64,000 bases of DNA, taken from Lobosporangium transversale (lineage: Eukaryota). Position numbers and translations under genes: made by a program. Positions 36,652 to 46,683 of this stretch are shown here, in pieces. Every line of letters starts with the position of its first letter. Positions within the stretch are counted from its first letter, which is position 1. Under the pieces are notes generated by a model. That model saw nothing but the letters and a program-made list of their open reading frames with translations, was not told the DNA's origin and made no database searches. The DNA lies in NCBI RefSeq assembly GCF_002105155.1, contig NW_019029015.1:62001-126000 (forward strand). Reading direction: 5' to 3'.

Positions 36652-39600
36652 TTATCTTGTTTTTCTTGAAGCCTCAAAGACGGCAAGCGCCTCTTTAGCG
36701 TTTGCGAGCGAAGATTTTGTTTCCCAAGTGGCTTCATCTAATGGATAGCCTTTCCAAAGAACGAGCCACTTAGGAGTTTTGCCAAACATTTTGAAGTCAA
36801 TGATTTTGTCGACTTCATACTCCTCTTCTCCATCTACAAGCTCGGGGGCAGGGCGTGGTGGTAAGCGGTCGCCGAATTCACGAGGTGACTCAATATAGGG
36901 GCGAAGCAGATCGGCATTAAAGACTGGATGCTGATGCATGTCAGGCGGTAGTTCCAGCTTGTAGGCATTTTCATTGACCTTCGAAATGATCTTGTAAGGG
37001 CCTATGTACTCAGGTTCCAGTTTCTGCGACGGCCTATTTTTATGTCCCGCGACAGAGATGTTTTCCGAGCTTAAGAGCACCATGTCACCCACAGCAAACG
37101 TAGCAGGCCTGCGAGTTTTGTCCGCTTGGGCCTTTTGCCTATTCTGCGCTTCGATGATGGCATCCTGAGCTAGCGCCAAATTCATCGACTGGGTTCGAAC
37201 AAAATCACTGACAGCCGGAACATTGGTATCAGGTGGCTTTAAAAGAGATCCAGGGACTAGTGGATGGTGACCATAGTTCAGAAAGAATGGGGAGAAGCCT
37301 GTCGTAGGATTGACAGAGTTGTTGTATGCGAACTCCATCATAGGCAGTAAAAGATCCCAGTCGTTTTGCTTGTACGATATGTAAGAGCGGAGCATTTCTT
37401 CTAATGTTCTGTTGGCGCGCTCTGTTTGTCCGTCTGATTGTGGATGGAAGGCAGTAGACATGTTAAGTTTGGTGCCCATGAGCTTCATCAACGTTGTCCA
37501 GAACTTGCCGGTGAAACGTGAATCTCTGTCTGACACAATTGTCCGAGGCATGCCGTGCAGTCTAAAAACATTGTCGAAAAAGAGTCGTGCAACATCAGAG
37601 GCAGTGTCGGTAGTTCGGCTAGCGCAGAAATGAACTTGCTTGGACAGTTTGTCCACAAAGACCGTAATCGCGTCAAAACCTCTGGCTGTCTTCGGAAGCT
37701 TGACAATGAAGTCCATTGTTACAGTATCCCATCGTTGGCTTGGAATTGCCAAAGGTTGGAAAAGCCCTGCAGGAGGCTTTAGTGAAGGCTTGTTACGCTG
37801 GCATTGCTCACAGGAAGCAATGTATTTTTTTATATCCCTCGCCATGCGTGGCCAAAAATATGTTCGTCGCATGCTACTGTACGTTTTATCGAATCCCAAG
37901 TGGCCTGATATAGGAGCGTCGTGAGCGTCATGCAAGAGTTGTGAACGGAGTCCGTCGTCCTTGGGTATGCAGAGGCGAGGGCCTTGTCCAGCGTTGATCC
38001 AGAGTAGACCATCCACCACGAAGTAACGATCCGAGGTAGAGGCATCCTTATACTGATGCACGAGGGGACCTAGAATTGGATCGTGTAGGTAGCAACTGGC
38101 TAGTTGTTTTCGAATGCCAGGGTCTAGATTGATATCCAAGGAGTTCAAAGTAGTAGGTGTAGCCTCCAAGTCCTTGAGGTCCGGTCTTCGTGAAAGAGCA
38201 TCAGGGACGACGTTATCTTTACCAGGTTTATACTTGAATACGAAATCATACTCTTGAAGCAACTCCATCCATCTTGCTTGTCTGCGAGTCAAGTTCGGCT
38301 GGCTAGGAAAATGTTGTAGAGTGGCATGGTCGGTATAAACGACAAAGTGAGAACCATCAAGGTAGTATCGCCATGTCTTCAGAGCATGCACCACAGCCAG
38401 CAGTTCTTGTTCGTGTGTAGGATAGTTGCGTTCCGCTGGGTTGAGCTTACGTGAAGTAAAAGCTACTGGTCGTGATTCACCATTTTGGTCCGTCTGGAAC
38501 AGGACAGCACCAATTGCAAAGCCTGAAGCGTCTGTTTCGACTGCTGTAGAGAGGGCAGGATCGAATATCCTAAGAACTGGTGCTGAGCTCACTGCTCTTT
38601 TCAAAGTCTCAAAGGCGTCTTGTTGAGATTTTCCCCAGTGGAATTCCTTATTGGAGCCTAACAATTGTGTGAGGGGAAGAGCAATATCAGCGTAATGAGA
38701 AATGTACTGATGGTAAAAATTAGTCAAACCAAGGAATTGCATCACATGTCGTTGGGTTGTTGGTACTGGCCATTCCCTTATTGCCTTGACAAGTCCGCCA
38801 TTCGTCTTGAGTCCATCCTTGGAGATGACATGGCCTAGGAACTCAGTCTCTTCCTGCATGAAGGAACACTTGGATAATTTACAATAAAGCCCAGCTTGAC
38901 GCAAGAGGGAGAGTACTTGTCGGATGTGCTCTAAGTGATCTTTCTCGTTATCGGAGTAAATTAAAATATCATCGAGATACACAACAACACATTTATCAAG
39001 AAGTGGATCAAGTACGTTACGCATCATAGTCGAGAACGCTGCAGGTGCATTTGTAAGACCGAAAGGTACGACGTTAAACTCGTAGTGGCCATAGCGAGTT
39101 CGGAACGCGGTCTTGTGTTTATCATCAGGATGGACACGCATTTGATGATAGCCCGAGAGTAGATCCAGCTTGGTAAAACATTTAGCTGTTCTGAATCTGT
39201 CGATCAATTCATCGATCCGTGGTAAGGGGTACCTGTTTTTCTTTGTGATCTTGTTCAGGCCCCGATAATCAACACACATTCGAAGCGAGCCATCCTTTTT
39301 CTTCACAAAGAGGACTGGAGCACCGTATGGTGAGGTGCTCGGTGAGATTAATCCTTTTTGTAAAAGATCAGTTAGCTGCTTCTTCAGTTCATCAAGCTCA
39401 GCGATCGACAATCTGATGACAGGTCGGACAGGTGGGTCAGCATAAGGGTCAGTCTCTATACGCATGCTATCACCTCTGTCAGGGGGAAGGCCATCGGGAA
39501 GTGTTGTAGGAAAGACATCAGGGAATTCGACTTGAACGATTTGCTTGATAGAGTCCGGTAGTTCAGAACTACTGCTAGAGACAGGTACTGGAACTCGAAC

Positions 39601-40491
39601 TTGGGCGAGGAATACAGAGGCATCAGGTTCCGAGGCAACGGTAAGGAAGTTAAGAGCAGATATGACGGAAGATCGCTGTCTAGGCTTCCTGTCGATGCCA
39701 GTGCAAGGCCACAAGACCGGGGTACCTTGGTATTCAAAATGCAGATCATTTGTTCGCCAATTGATGCGAGGGTTGATATCCGTCAGCCATGGTTTACCCA
39801 AAATTAGGTCGTATTTGGATAGAGGATAAACAATGGCGTTGATTTTATCCTGATACGCGTTGCGGGCGAGGGTGAACGTGGCTGTGTGCTGAGCAATTGT
39901 CTCGGTACCGTTGGGAAGAATGACAGGAATGGGTCTACCCTCAATTAGCGGAACATGTGTGTTCTCGCAGAAAGAGGAACTTATGACATTGCCTTCGGCC
40001 CCTCCATCTACAAGAATGCGCGCAGGTCGACCATTCACTGCTCCAATGAAAGTAAGAAGTCGGCGAGAGTTTTTATGTTTGTCATAGGTAAGGCTGAAGG
40101 ATTGAAGGCGAATTTCGTTACGACAATGGGAGTGGCGATTGGATGAACTAGGGGTAGATGAATGAGTGGAAGTGAGTGAAGTGGAAACAGTGAAAGGATC
40201 AGTGGAGGGGAAAATAGGGTCGGAGAGGGGATTGTTTTTTAGCAATGAGGAATGAGTAGGGGAATGGGGATCAGGATGAGGTGAATACTTAGAGAGTAGA
40301 TGTAAGGAAGTAGATGCAGTGGGAGCAATAGAGTGATCAGAAAGGGGCATGGATGTTATATTTGTGCACAAAGGATTTTTATTTGTAGTCATCAACTGTA
40401 ACTGACCATGCCCTCTATTATCCAGGGCTTGAAGGCTGGGGCTAGAGGGGGCGAGGCAGGCCTGGTTTACTGCTCGCCCTCCTCTTTTCCC
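36652..40491 (-). CDS. pol: Pol polyprotein (protease, RT, RNase H, integrase, chromodomain), entered by -1 frameshift
   Basis: LVDGGA, YLDD, TDAS, HHCC zinc finger, MDF..SDRD..GQTER, GPY, chromodomain EYEVDKI..WLVLWKGY..EATWE; frame open from the slippery site. Confidence 0.96.
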   Translation of the reverse strand, partial: GKRGGRAVNQACLAPSSPSLQALDNRGHGQLQLMTTNKNPLCTNITSMPLSDHSIAPTASTSLHLLSKYSPHPDPHSPTHSSLLKNNPLSDPIFPSTDPFTVSTSLTSTHSSTPSSSNRHSHCRNEIRLQSFSLTYDKHKNSRRLLTFIGAVNGRPARILVDGGAEGNVISSSFCENTHVPLIEGRPIPVILPNGTETIAQHTATFTLARNAYQDKINAIVYPLSKYDLILGKPWLTDINPRINWRTNDLHFEYQGTPVLWPCTGIDRKPRQRSSVISALNFLTVASEPDASVFLAQVRVPVPVSSSSSELPDSIKQIVQVEFPDVFPTTLPDGLPPDRGDSMRIETDPYADPPVRPVIRLSIAELDELKKQLTDLLQKGLISPSTSPYGAPVLFVKKKDGSLRMCVDYRGLNKITKKNRYPLPRIDELIDRFRTAKCFTKLDLLSGYHQMRVHPDDKHKTAFRTRYGHYEFNVVPFGLTNAPAAFSTMMRNVLDPLLDKCVVVYLDDILIYSDNEKDHLEHIRQVLSLLRQAGLYCKLSKCSFMQEETEFLGHVISKDGLKTNGGLVKAIREWPVPTTQRHVMQFLGLTNFYHQYISHYADIALPLTQLLGSNKEFHWGKSQQDAFETLKRAVSSAPVLRIFDPALSTAVETDASGFAIGAVLFQTDQNGESRPVAFTSRKLNPAERNYPTHEQELLAVVHALKTWRYYLDGSHFVVYTDHATLQHFPSQPNLTRRQARWMELLQEYDFVFKYKPGKDNVVPDALSRRPDLKDLEATPTTLNSLDINLDPGIRKQLASCYLHDPILGPLVHQYKDASTSDRYFVVDGLLWINAGQGPRLCIPKDDGLRSQLLHDAHDAPISGHLGFDKTYSSMRRTYFWPRMARDIKKYIASCEQCQRNKPSLKPPAGLFQPLAIPSQRWDTVTMDFIVKLPKTARGFDAITVFVDKLSKQVHFCASRTTDTASDVARLFFDNVFRLHGMPRTIVSDRDSRFTGKFWTTLMKLMGTKLNMSTAFHPQSDGQTERANRTLEEMLRSYISYKQNDWDLLLPMMEFAYNNSVNPTTGFSPFFLNYGHHPLVPGSLLKPPDTNVPAVSDFVRTQSMNLALAQDAIIEAQNRQKAQADKTRRPATFAVGDMVLLSSENISVAGHKNRPSQKLEPEYIGPYKIISKVNENAYKLELPPDMHQHPVFNADLLRPYIESPREFGDRLPPRPAPELVDGEEEYEVDKIIDFKMFGKTPKWLVLWKGYPLDEATWETKSSLANAKEALAVFEASRKTR
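40421..40491 (-). promoter_or_regulatory. -1 programmed ribosomal frameshift signal
   Basis: G GGA AAA heptamer at 40491-40485 in gag frame, then stem GAGGAGGGCGAGCAG/CTGCCTCGCCCCCTC. Confidence 0.78.
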
Positions 40492-41438
40492 GACTCAGAA
40501 AGCGTATGGTCATTGTTTTCTATATTAAAGACAGAGGTGCGTTGGCATTGTTCGGCTCTATGACCTCGGTTCCGGCATCTGAAACAACGCCCCTCACGAA
40601 CGCAACGTTCTCGTTCAGCTGCTGTGAGCTTGGGTAGCGAGCTTGGCTTGGAGTGGTTTCTGTTTGGTCGTTGCTGATGGAGAGAGGTGTACAGGTTGGC
40701 AACCAACATTCTCATGTTATCGAGATCCATTGGTGTAGGGCCAGAATTATTCTCATGATGGGGTGATAAGGCGTTCGGGGTAGCGGATACAGGGGTGGCA
40801 TCGATGGGATGTAGAATACTGTGGACAATGGTCGCCTGCTCAATGGCATCGTCCAACGTCTCTGGCTGTCTAAGTCTTACCTGCTTGCTTGTTTCGGGCT
40901 CAAGGCCTAGCATGTATTTTTGCAAAGCAGAGTCTTTGTCGAGATTTGTAGCCAGACGTAGGTGGCTTCTAAACTTGCTCGTATATTCTGCCACACTCAT
41001 CCTTCCCTGACGAAGTTTATCCAACGCTCGGCGAGCTGCATTCGCAGAATCTGGAGGGGTGAACTGACGGAGGAATGCTTTACGGAAGTCAGCCCAAGGT
41101 GTATCGAGATTCAACCCGGAATCTCTCCACCATGCCTTGGCTTCGCCATTGAGACTGAGGACAGCGTATCGAACCCATTTGGATGGCGTGAGTGTGACAA
41201 TAGTGTAATACTCCTCCAGGCTGTCGACAAAGTTTAAGGCTGCAACAGCGTTAATAGCTCCTTCGTAAGGCGTAGGCTTCTGTGGCTTTAGGACCGTGGC
41301 GAGAGTTCTGGCTAGGTCATTCTCAGCGGCTTCGTTGGCTTTAGCAGTAGAGAGGGCCTGATTAAAAGCAGTAGCTATGGCTTCGCGAATGTTCAGAGGA
41401 AGATCGATGGACGAAAGGGCGTTATTCAAGTGTTCCAT
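40467..41438 (-). CDS. gag: Gag polyprotein
   Basis: LNGEAKAWW, LRQGRMSVAEYTSKF, PTPMDLD, CCHC knuckle CFRCRNRGHRAEQC. Confidence 0.95.
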   Translation of the reverse strand: MEHLNNALSSIDLPLNIREAIATAFNQALSTAKANEAAENDLARTLATVLKPQKPTPYEGAINAVAALNFVDSLEEYYTIVTLTPSKWVRYAVLSLNGEAKAWWRDSGLNLDTPWADFRKAFLRQFTPPDSANAARRALDKLRQGRMSVAEYTSKFRSHLRLATNLDKDSALQKYMLGLEPETSKQVRLRQPETLDDAIEQATIVHSILHPIDATPVSATPNALSPHHENNSGPTPMDLDNMRMLVANLYTSLHQQRPNRNHSKPSSLPKLTAAERERCVREGRCFRCRNRGHRAEQCQRTSVFNIENNDHTLSESGKEEGEQ

Positions 41439-41493
41439 GGCGAGGGGTGAAATTCAATGGTAATTGTAGTTCTCTGGGTGTGGTCGTGGTTTC

Positions 41494-41504
41494 CTTTGCT
41501 ACCA
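41494..41504 (-). promoter_or_regulatory. Primer binding site, probably tRNA-iMet
   Basis: TGGTAGCAAAG one base after the 5' LTR; close to the complement of eukaryotic initiator tRNA 3' ends. Confidence 0.7.
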
Positions 41505-41505
41505 A

Positions 41506-41700
41506 TGCAAAAGTCAAGGTAGTGTTCTAGGGGGATCTAAGGGTGCAATAAAGGTATCTTTATTCAGGGGGAACTATGCTACAGAACTAGATAGAAAAGT
41601 AGACCTATTTATACTAGTTAATATCCTGTTGCAAGGAATGCTCTAGAAATATGGGCGAAATACTATGTTGCACAAAATTATTATAGTGATTTCGCTTGCA
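41506..41700 (-). repeat. 5' LTR
   Basis: Direct repeat of 36433-36627. Confidence 0.96.
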
Positions 41701-41844
41701 AGTACCATATCAAATCAGTAGCAATAAACACCTCATCTTTACTATACTTGTTCCTCCATCCTTGCCCATGTACCTCTCTTGATCCCTTGCACACCAACTG
41801 GTTAGTTACCTAGCCTTCCTCTAGTCTGACTTTATTACAATCAC

Positions 41845-41993
41845 GCTCTGCAAAAAAAAAAAAAAAAAAAAAAAAAACACTTTTTGCAAAAAGAAAAAAT
41901 ACACTCTTCTCTTTCTAAAAAAAAATACACTCTTTCTAAAAAAAAATACACTCTTTCTAAAAAATACACTCTTTCTAAAAAAATACACTCTCT

Positions 41994-42030
<37 letters not shown>

Positions 42031-42040
42031 ACTCTTTGCC
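41845..42040. repeat. Short tandem repeat (A)nTACACTCTTTCT upstream of cargo ORF
   Basis: About 5 copies plus degenerate copies with long A tracts. Confidence 0.75.
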
Positions 42041-42069
42041 AATTCTTCTTCCATTTTAATCTCAGCTAA

Positions 42070-43461
42070 ATGCCTAAAGGGCAACCAGCAGTGTGCTCTC
42101 TTGAGTGGTGTGCGTATGGATACCCAACCGACTCTTCAGAAGACAAGGGTATCCACTTCCATATTAGAAGTTACCATAGAATGTCCTACACATGTTCTGT
42201 TAGAGATGTCTCGGTCGAGTATATTCGGAACAATGAAGGGCTATTTGTGTGTGAGTGTTGGCCGAAATGGACGTGTAAACCAGGAGATACTTTGCGCAGT
42301 CATGTCAAAAAATGTGCGGCTATTAATGCGTTTGTCGATGTCGTCCTCAAGACTTCGGTGTCTTTAGTAGATGCCCATCTAAAAATCTACTTACCCAAAG
42401 AGTCGAAAGAGCCACAGAGGCAGTTCCAAGAGCACTCCAGCCTTCCGCCGACTAGTAAACCAAATAAAAAAAGAAATAGGGAAGAGACAAATGACAACAA
42501 TTACCGCCTTGGCAACAATTTGTACCTTAACAATAAATCAAGCTTGATCCAACAGCAATACAGTAGGCTCGTAGAGCATGCCAATCCAACAAAGAAAGAA
42601 TGGATTCCAACGAAAGGGAAAGAGCTAGCGGAAGAGGAAAGTGACAGTCAAGAGTCAGAAGAGAGTGAAGACAACGAGAGTCAGGGGGAGACGGATGTTA
42701 GCTATAACAAGGTAGTTCACCTACAGCAGCTACCGCGCCTACAGCACTCAGAAGACGGCAGAAAGACGAAAGAAGAGCCCACATTAATAAGATTACAGCA
42801 ATTCTTAGAGGAAAGGGATATACATTTGGAAAAACGTTCAGAGGAAAGAGACAAACGTTTGGAAAAATATTTAGAGGAAAAGGAAAAACGTTACGAGGAA
42901 AGAGACAAACTTTTGGAAAAATATTTAGAGGAAAAGGAAAAACGTTACGAACGTTTGGAAAAATATTTAGAGGAAAAGGAAAAACGTTACGAGGAAAGAG
43001 AAATGCAAAGAGTGATTCAGATAGAAGAGATAGTTAGAGGCGTATCAAACAATTCAGCCGCCTGCGAAGACAAGTTTGAGAAGCTTAACACTCGGGTAGA
43101 TCATATGCAAAAGCAACTATCAGCACTATTATTGTCAAGGCCACAGCTTCCATCATCACAAAAGCCGCCATCATCGGTGAAACCACCACCATCTCTGGAG
43201 TCCTCGCCATCATCATCCAAGAAGCTGTACAACCCTTATCAAAAAAGGAAGATAGACGCAGGCACAAACCAATCGATCTCGACGTTTTTCAAGCGTCATA
43301 GACCAGAAAATGATAGGGACAGTAAGCCAGAGAACGATAATCCAGAGAACGACAACCCAGAGAACGACAATCCAGAGAACGGCAATCCAGAGCAAGGTAT
43401 CCCAGAGAAAGAGAACCCAAAGGATGATAATCCAGAGAAAGATAACCTAAGTTCCAAATAA
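42070..43461 (+). CDS. Hypothetical intronless 463-aa protein: Cys/His-rich N-terminus, coiled-coil repeats, PENDN repeats
   Basis: CSLEWC..HIRSYH and CEC..C..LRSHVKKC resemble zinc fingers; EEKEKRYE/LEKYL repeats; lies inside the large TIR element. Confidence 0.65.
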   Translation: MPKGQPAVCSLEWCAYGYPTDSSEDKGIHFHIRSYHRMSYTCSVRDVSVEYIRNNEGLFVCECWPKWTCKPGDTLRSHVKKCAAINAFVDVVLKTSVSLVDAHLKIYLPKESKEPQRQFQEHSSLPPTSKPNKKRNREETNDNNYRLGNNLYLNNKSSLIQQQYSRLVEHANPTKKEWIPTKGKELAEEESDSQESEESEDNESQGETDVSYNKVVHLQQLPRLQHSEDGRKTKEEPTLIRLQQFLEERDIHLEKRSEERDKRLEKYLEEKEKRYEERDKLLEKYLEEKEKRYERLEKYLEEKEKRYEEREMQRVIQIEEIVRGVSNNSAACEDKFEKLNTRVDHMQKQLSALLLSRPQLPSSQKPPSSVKPPPSLESSPSSSKKLYNPYQKRKIDAGTNQSISTFFKRHRPENDRDSKPENDNPENDNPENDNPENGNPEQGIPEKENPKDDNPEKDNLSSK

Positions 43462-44705
43462 CACTGTGTTCTGTTGCGGTTTTTATGATCTAAGCATAAC
43501 TCAGTCTCCATGGATAGTATATGGCCATGTTCGTTCCCTTTTTCTAAAATACTAAATAAAATGAAGAGTGTCCAATACCTTTCTAAATGAAATTAGGAGT
43601 ATAAGATTATACACTGGGGCAAGGTGTAATAATTAAAAGAGACAAAAGATGATTTTATTATAATTATTAAAACAAGCCTTTTTATAGGCTTAAGGCTATA
43701 TACTGTCACACAAGGAGACAAAGTATAGATAACAGTGCAAAGCTCACTCATGACGAACAAGATCACTACCTTTGTTACCATTCACCTTCATCAGTTAGTA
43801 GCTTTACTGGAAAGACTATCATGTTTTCCCGTGCTCCCACAACATGGCGTTATGAGGTGTATGCCTAGGGGGAATTGGCTGCTCTTCTGTAAAACGAGAG
43901 TTGCTCTGTAGTGTGCCAGGATCATAATAAGAAAGGAAGATGCACGTATAACATTATGATTCAGGAATCTATCTTCAAATAAAAATGATATAAAAATCTT
44001 GGCTTTAGTGAAAATCCATATGAAATGACTGCTCATCGCAGCATCTGGCTCAGGAAGTAGTAAAAACTGATAATTCCCAGTAAACTTGGTCGAAATGGGT
44101 TTTCAATCTACTCACAAATGGTTTGACGAAAACAAAGAGGAGCCTGGCTTTTTTATTCTTGAACAAAAATGGAGTGGACTCATTGTTGCGAGCCAATACG
44201 GTTTGGCTCCTTCTCGCTGAAAAAAAAAAAAAAAAAAAAAAAATGGTGGCAAAACTGAATGGTTGAAGAACGGACGAGAATACATGCGTAATGGAAATAG
44301 TACTTTGCTTGCCCATTAGCGTTTCACTCTCACATTCCTCTTCATTTTAACCACGCCCGTTTGCACTATTTTAATTTTCATTGTCAACATTTTCCACACA
44401 CAATGACTTTGCAATAAGGCAAACTGTCTGCGCACTCGAAATAGGATCCACTCGAAATAAGGTATGATGCCCGCATGATCACGCACCACGTCCCGCTAAC
44501 TTCTACTTCCGACTAGTGGTGCGTGTGAGGAGATGGTTTTTTGTTTTCGACTCAACCAACAGTTCTCCACTACCCCTTCAGCACTGTAGTTTTCATTGTG
44601 CCTCCACCAGGCTTCATGGCCCTCCGCCACGTTACTGCATCCCCAAAATTAGTGTTTTTGAAAAGCCTTCTTTACAAGGACGTAACACGAAACGGAAAAA
44701 AAATG

Positions 44706-44963
44706 TCTTCCTACCAGAGCTAATAGTCAAATGAAGTGTCACTATCAGTTTCCATTTTAGGCAGAGCATCAAGCAGGACTCCCCTTCGCCAAAAAAATCA
44801 TGGCGTACGTATCTTCAGTGAGAATAGGAGTTGATAGGCTGAAGTTATTGAATAGAAAGTAAAAAATATTTAAATTGAAATGTGCTCTAAGCCAATGACA
44901 ATCTTGGAAATATAACAAAACTTGACAATTTTTTGTTTTGCAATCCCCCATAGCGCTCGACTG
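44706..44963 (-). repeat. Right TIR of large element
   Basis: Reverse complement of 23516-23773, followed by TA. Confidence 0.93.
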
Positions 44964-45283
44964 TATATCTATTACTTCACATGTAATTTGGAGAAATATT
45001 TCCCAACAGTGGGTTCATGTTTATCGCTCATAGCTCCATGAGCAAAAACCATGTCAATGCTCTCAACAGTCCCACATTAGTTAATATAAAGTAAGAAATT
45101 AACCCCTCTCGACCAAAAAAAAAAAAAAAAAGAATCAAGTTGGACCTCGAAATGAGCAGAGATAGTATACATACATCTATATATCTTATATCGACGATGC
45201 CCCAATCTAAAACGACAAGGAAATGCTCAACAATCTGGCATCACCAAGGTGTATCTCTAGTCAAGGAAGAAAAAAGAAAAAAG

Positions 45284-45314
<31 letters not shown>

Positions 45315-45466
45315 TCTTGATCAGAGATTTTTAGACGACTTGTAAAGCTGAGGAAGGTAAAGTTTGATTGGCCCTGATCTAACTTGCAAGCAAGCATTGA
45401 TGGAAGTCGCTGTCAAATCATGGTGTGTCCAAAGCCGTAGCTTACGCGCATGTGGAAAGTATTGAG

Positions 45467-45499
<33 letters not shown>

Positions 45500-45887
45500 T
45501 TATAATTAATGTCTTGGCGTCTGTGGCTGAAGCTGAGGGCGTTGCACCACTTCTACCACATGAGCGTAGCTCACTGCAACAAATACAGCCAGCTTAGCCC
45601 AGCTAGCCAGCCAACCCAGTTTAGCATGGAGCTGTTGCAGAGACCAAACACAAAACACAAAACACAGAATGGGTGAATAGCTCCACTTTATGAAAACTAC
45701 ATCTATGATGGATCCGTCGCAGTTATCACCACTGATATAAACTAACAGACTCATTGTATTTATATTTCCACAATTGGGTCGAATAAATAAAAAATAAAAA
45801 AAAAGGGAAATTAATAATAGTAATATTAATAATGCAAACAATTTTAAAAACTATTTATGAATGTTGGACACTCAGTTTATTAAACTT

Positions 45888-45919
<32 letters not shown>

Positions 45920-46646
45920 CTTTTTGCCATTAAGAGAAAAGGTGGTAAGCATCCATGTCATAATGAATGCAAAGCCATAACAGAGACCCTCACGGCGCTC
46001 TGTTCCATGATTTATCCTCTTCCTTGCCTTTTGGATTTATGGTTGATTGACGTTGAAAAATATTTAGACAGTAGTTATCAGAAGCTAAGATAAGTGAGAA
46101 TAAGATGTGGGTCCACACACCACATCCATGGGGTATTTATTCATTTTCTGGTAGAGAGACTCGTACCAAGTAACTACATATCTATCTAGAAGCGACATGG
46201 GATTATTCAGGAACCATGTCGGTGTTTTGTCGCGTCTCTAGTGACGCGTTATTATTATTATACTTTTCTTAGCGTATTAATTTTAGGAATTCCCCTAGTA
46301 TGTTCCTAGTGTGTTTTTAGTATTTTTCTTAATCTTATAGCTGGGCCGTTATTATCTTGTATATTGAAATATACAACAGACGTGATAGACAGGAAGCTAA
46401 CCTGATTTGCTACCAACTATATGTGCTGCGGTAGAATATGTTGGCGTCAGTCATGTGGCCTTAACCCTATGATGCTGCATAGAAATGATCCAACTATTAA
46501 GATTTATTAGGTTCGTACTTGTGTGCGAAAGCTCCATTTCATTCCAGGATAAAGTCCAAATGAAGTCTCACATGACTCCAGACATACGTCCATCGACTTT
46601 TCCGGTCAGTGGATGATAAAGAAGGCGAAGTCGGTTTCTTTCAGTC

Positions 46647-46683
<37 letters not shown>

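Larger units (their letters stand above)
36433..41700 (-). mobile_element. Intact Ty3/Gypsy chromovirus LTR retrotransposon, 5268 bp
   Basis: 195-bp LTRs TG..CA (36433-36627, 41506-41700) with one mismatch seen; 5-bp TSD AGTAC; PBS TGGTAGCAAAG; PPT GACGGGAAGGA. Confidence 0.97.
23516..44963. mobile_element. Large (about 21.4 kb) TIR-bounded element with Tc1/mariner-like ends, cargo ORFs and nested TEs
   Basis: 258-bp inverted repeats starting CAGTCGAGCGCTATGGGGGATTGC, TA immediately outside both ends (23514-23515, 44964-44965); sequences just inside the two TIRs differ. Confidence 0.8.

Noticed and set aside
45430..45575. Imperfect inverted repeat around an A tract
   Set aside because: Short, mismatched, no TSD.
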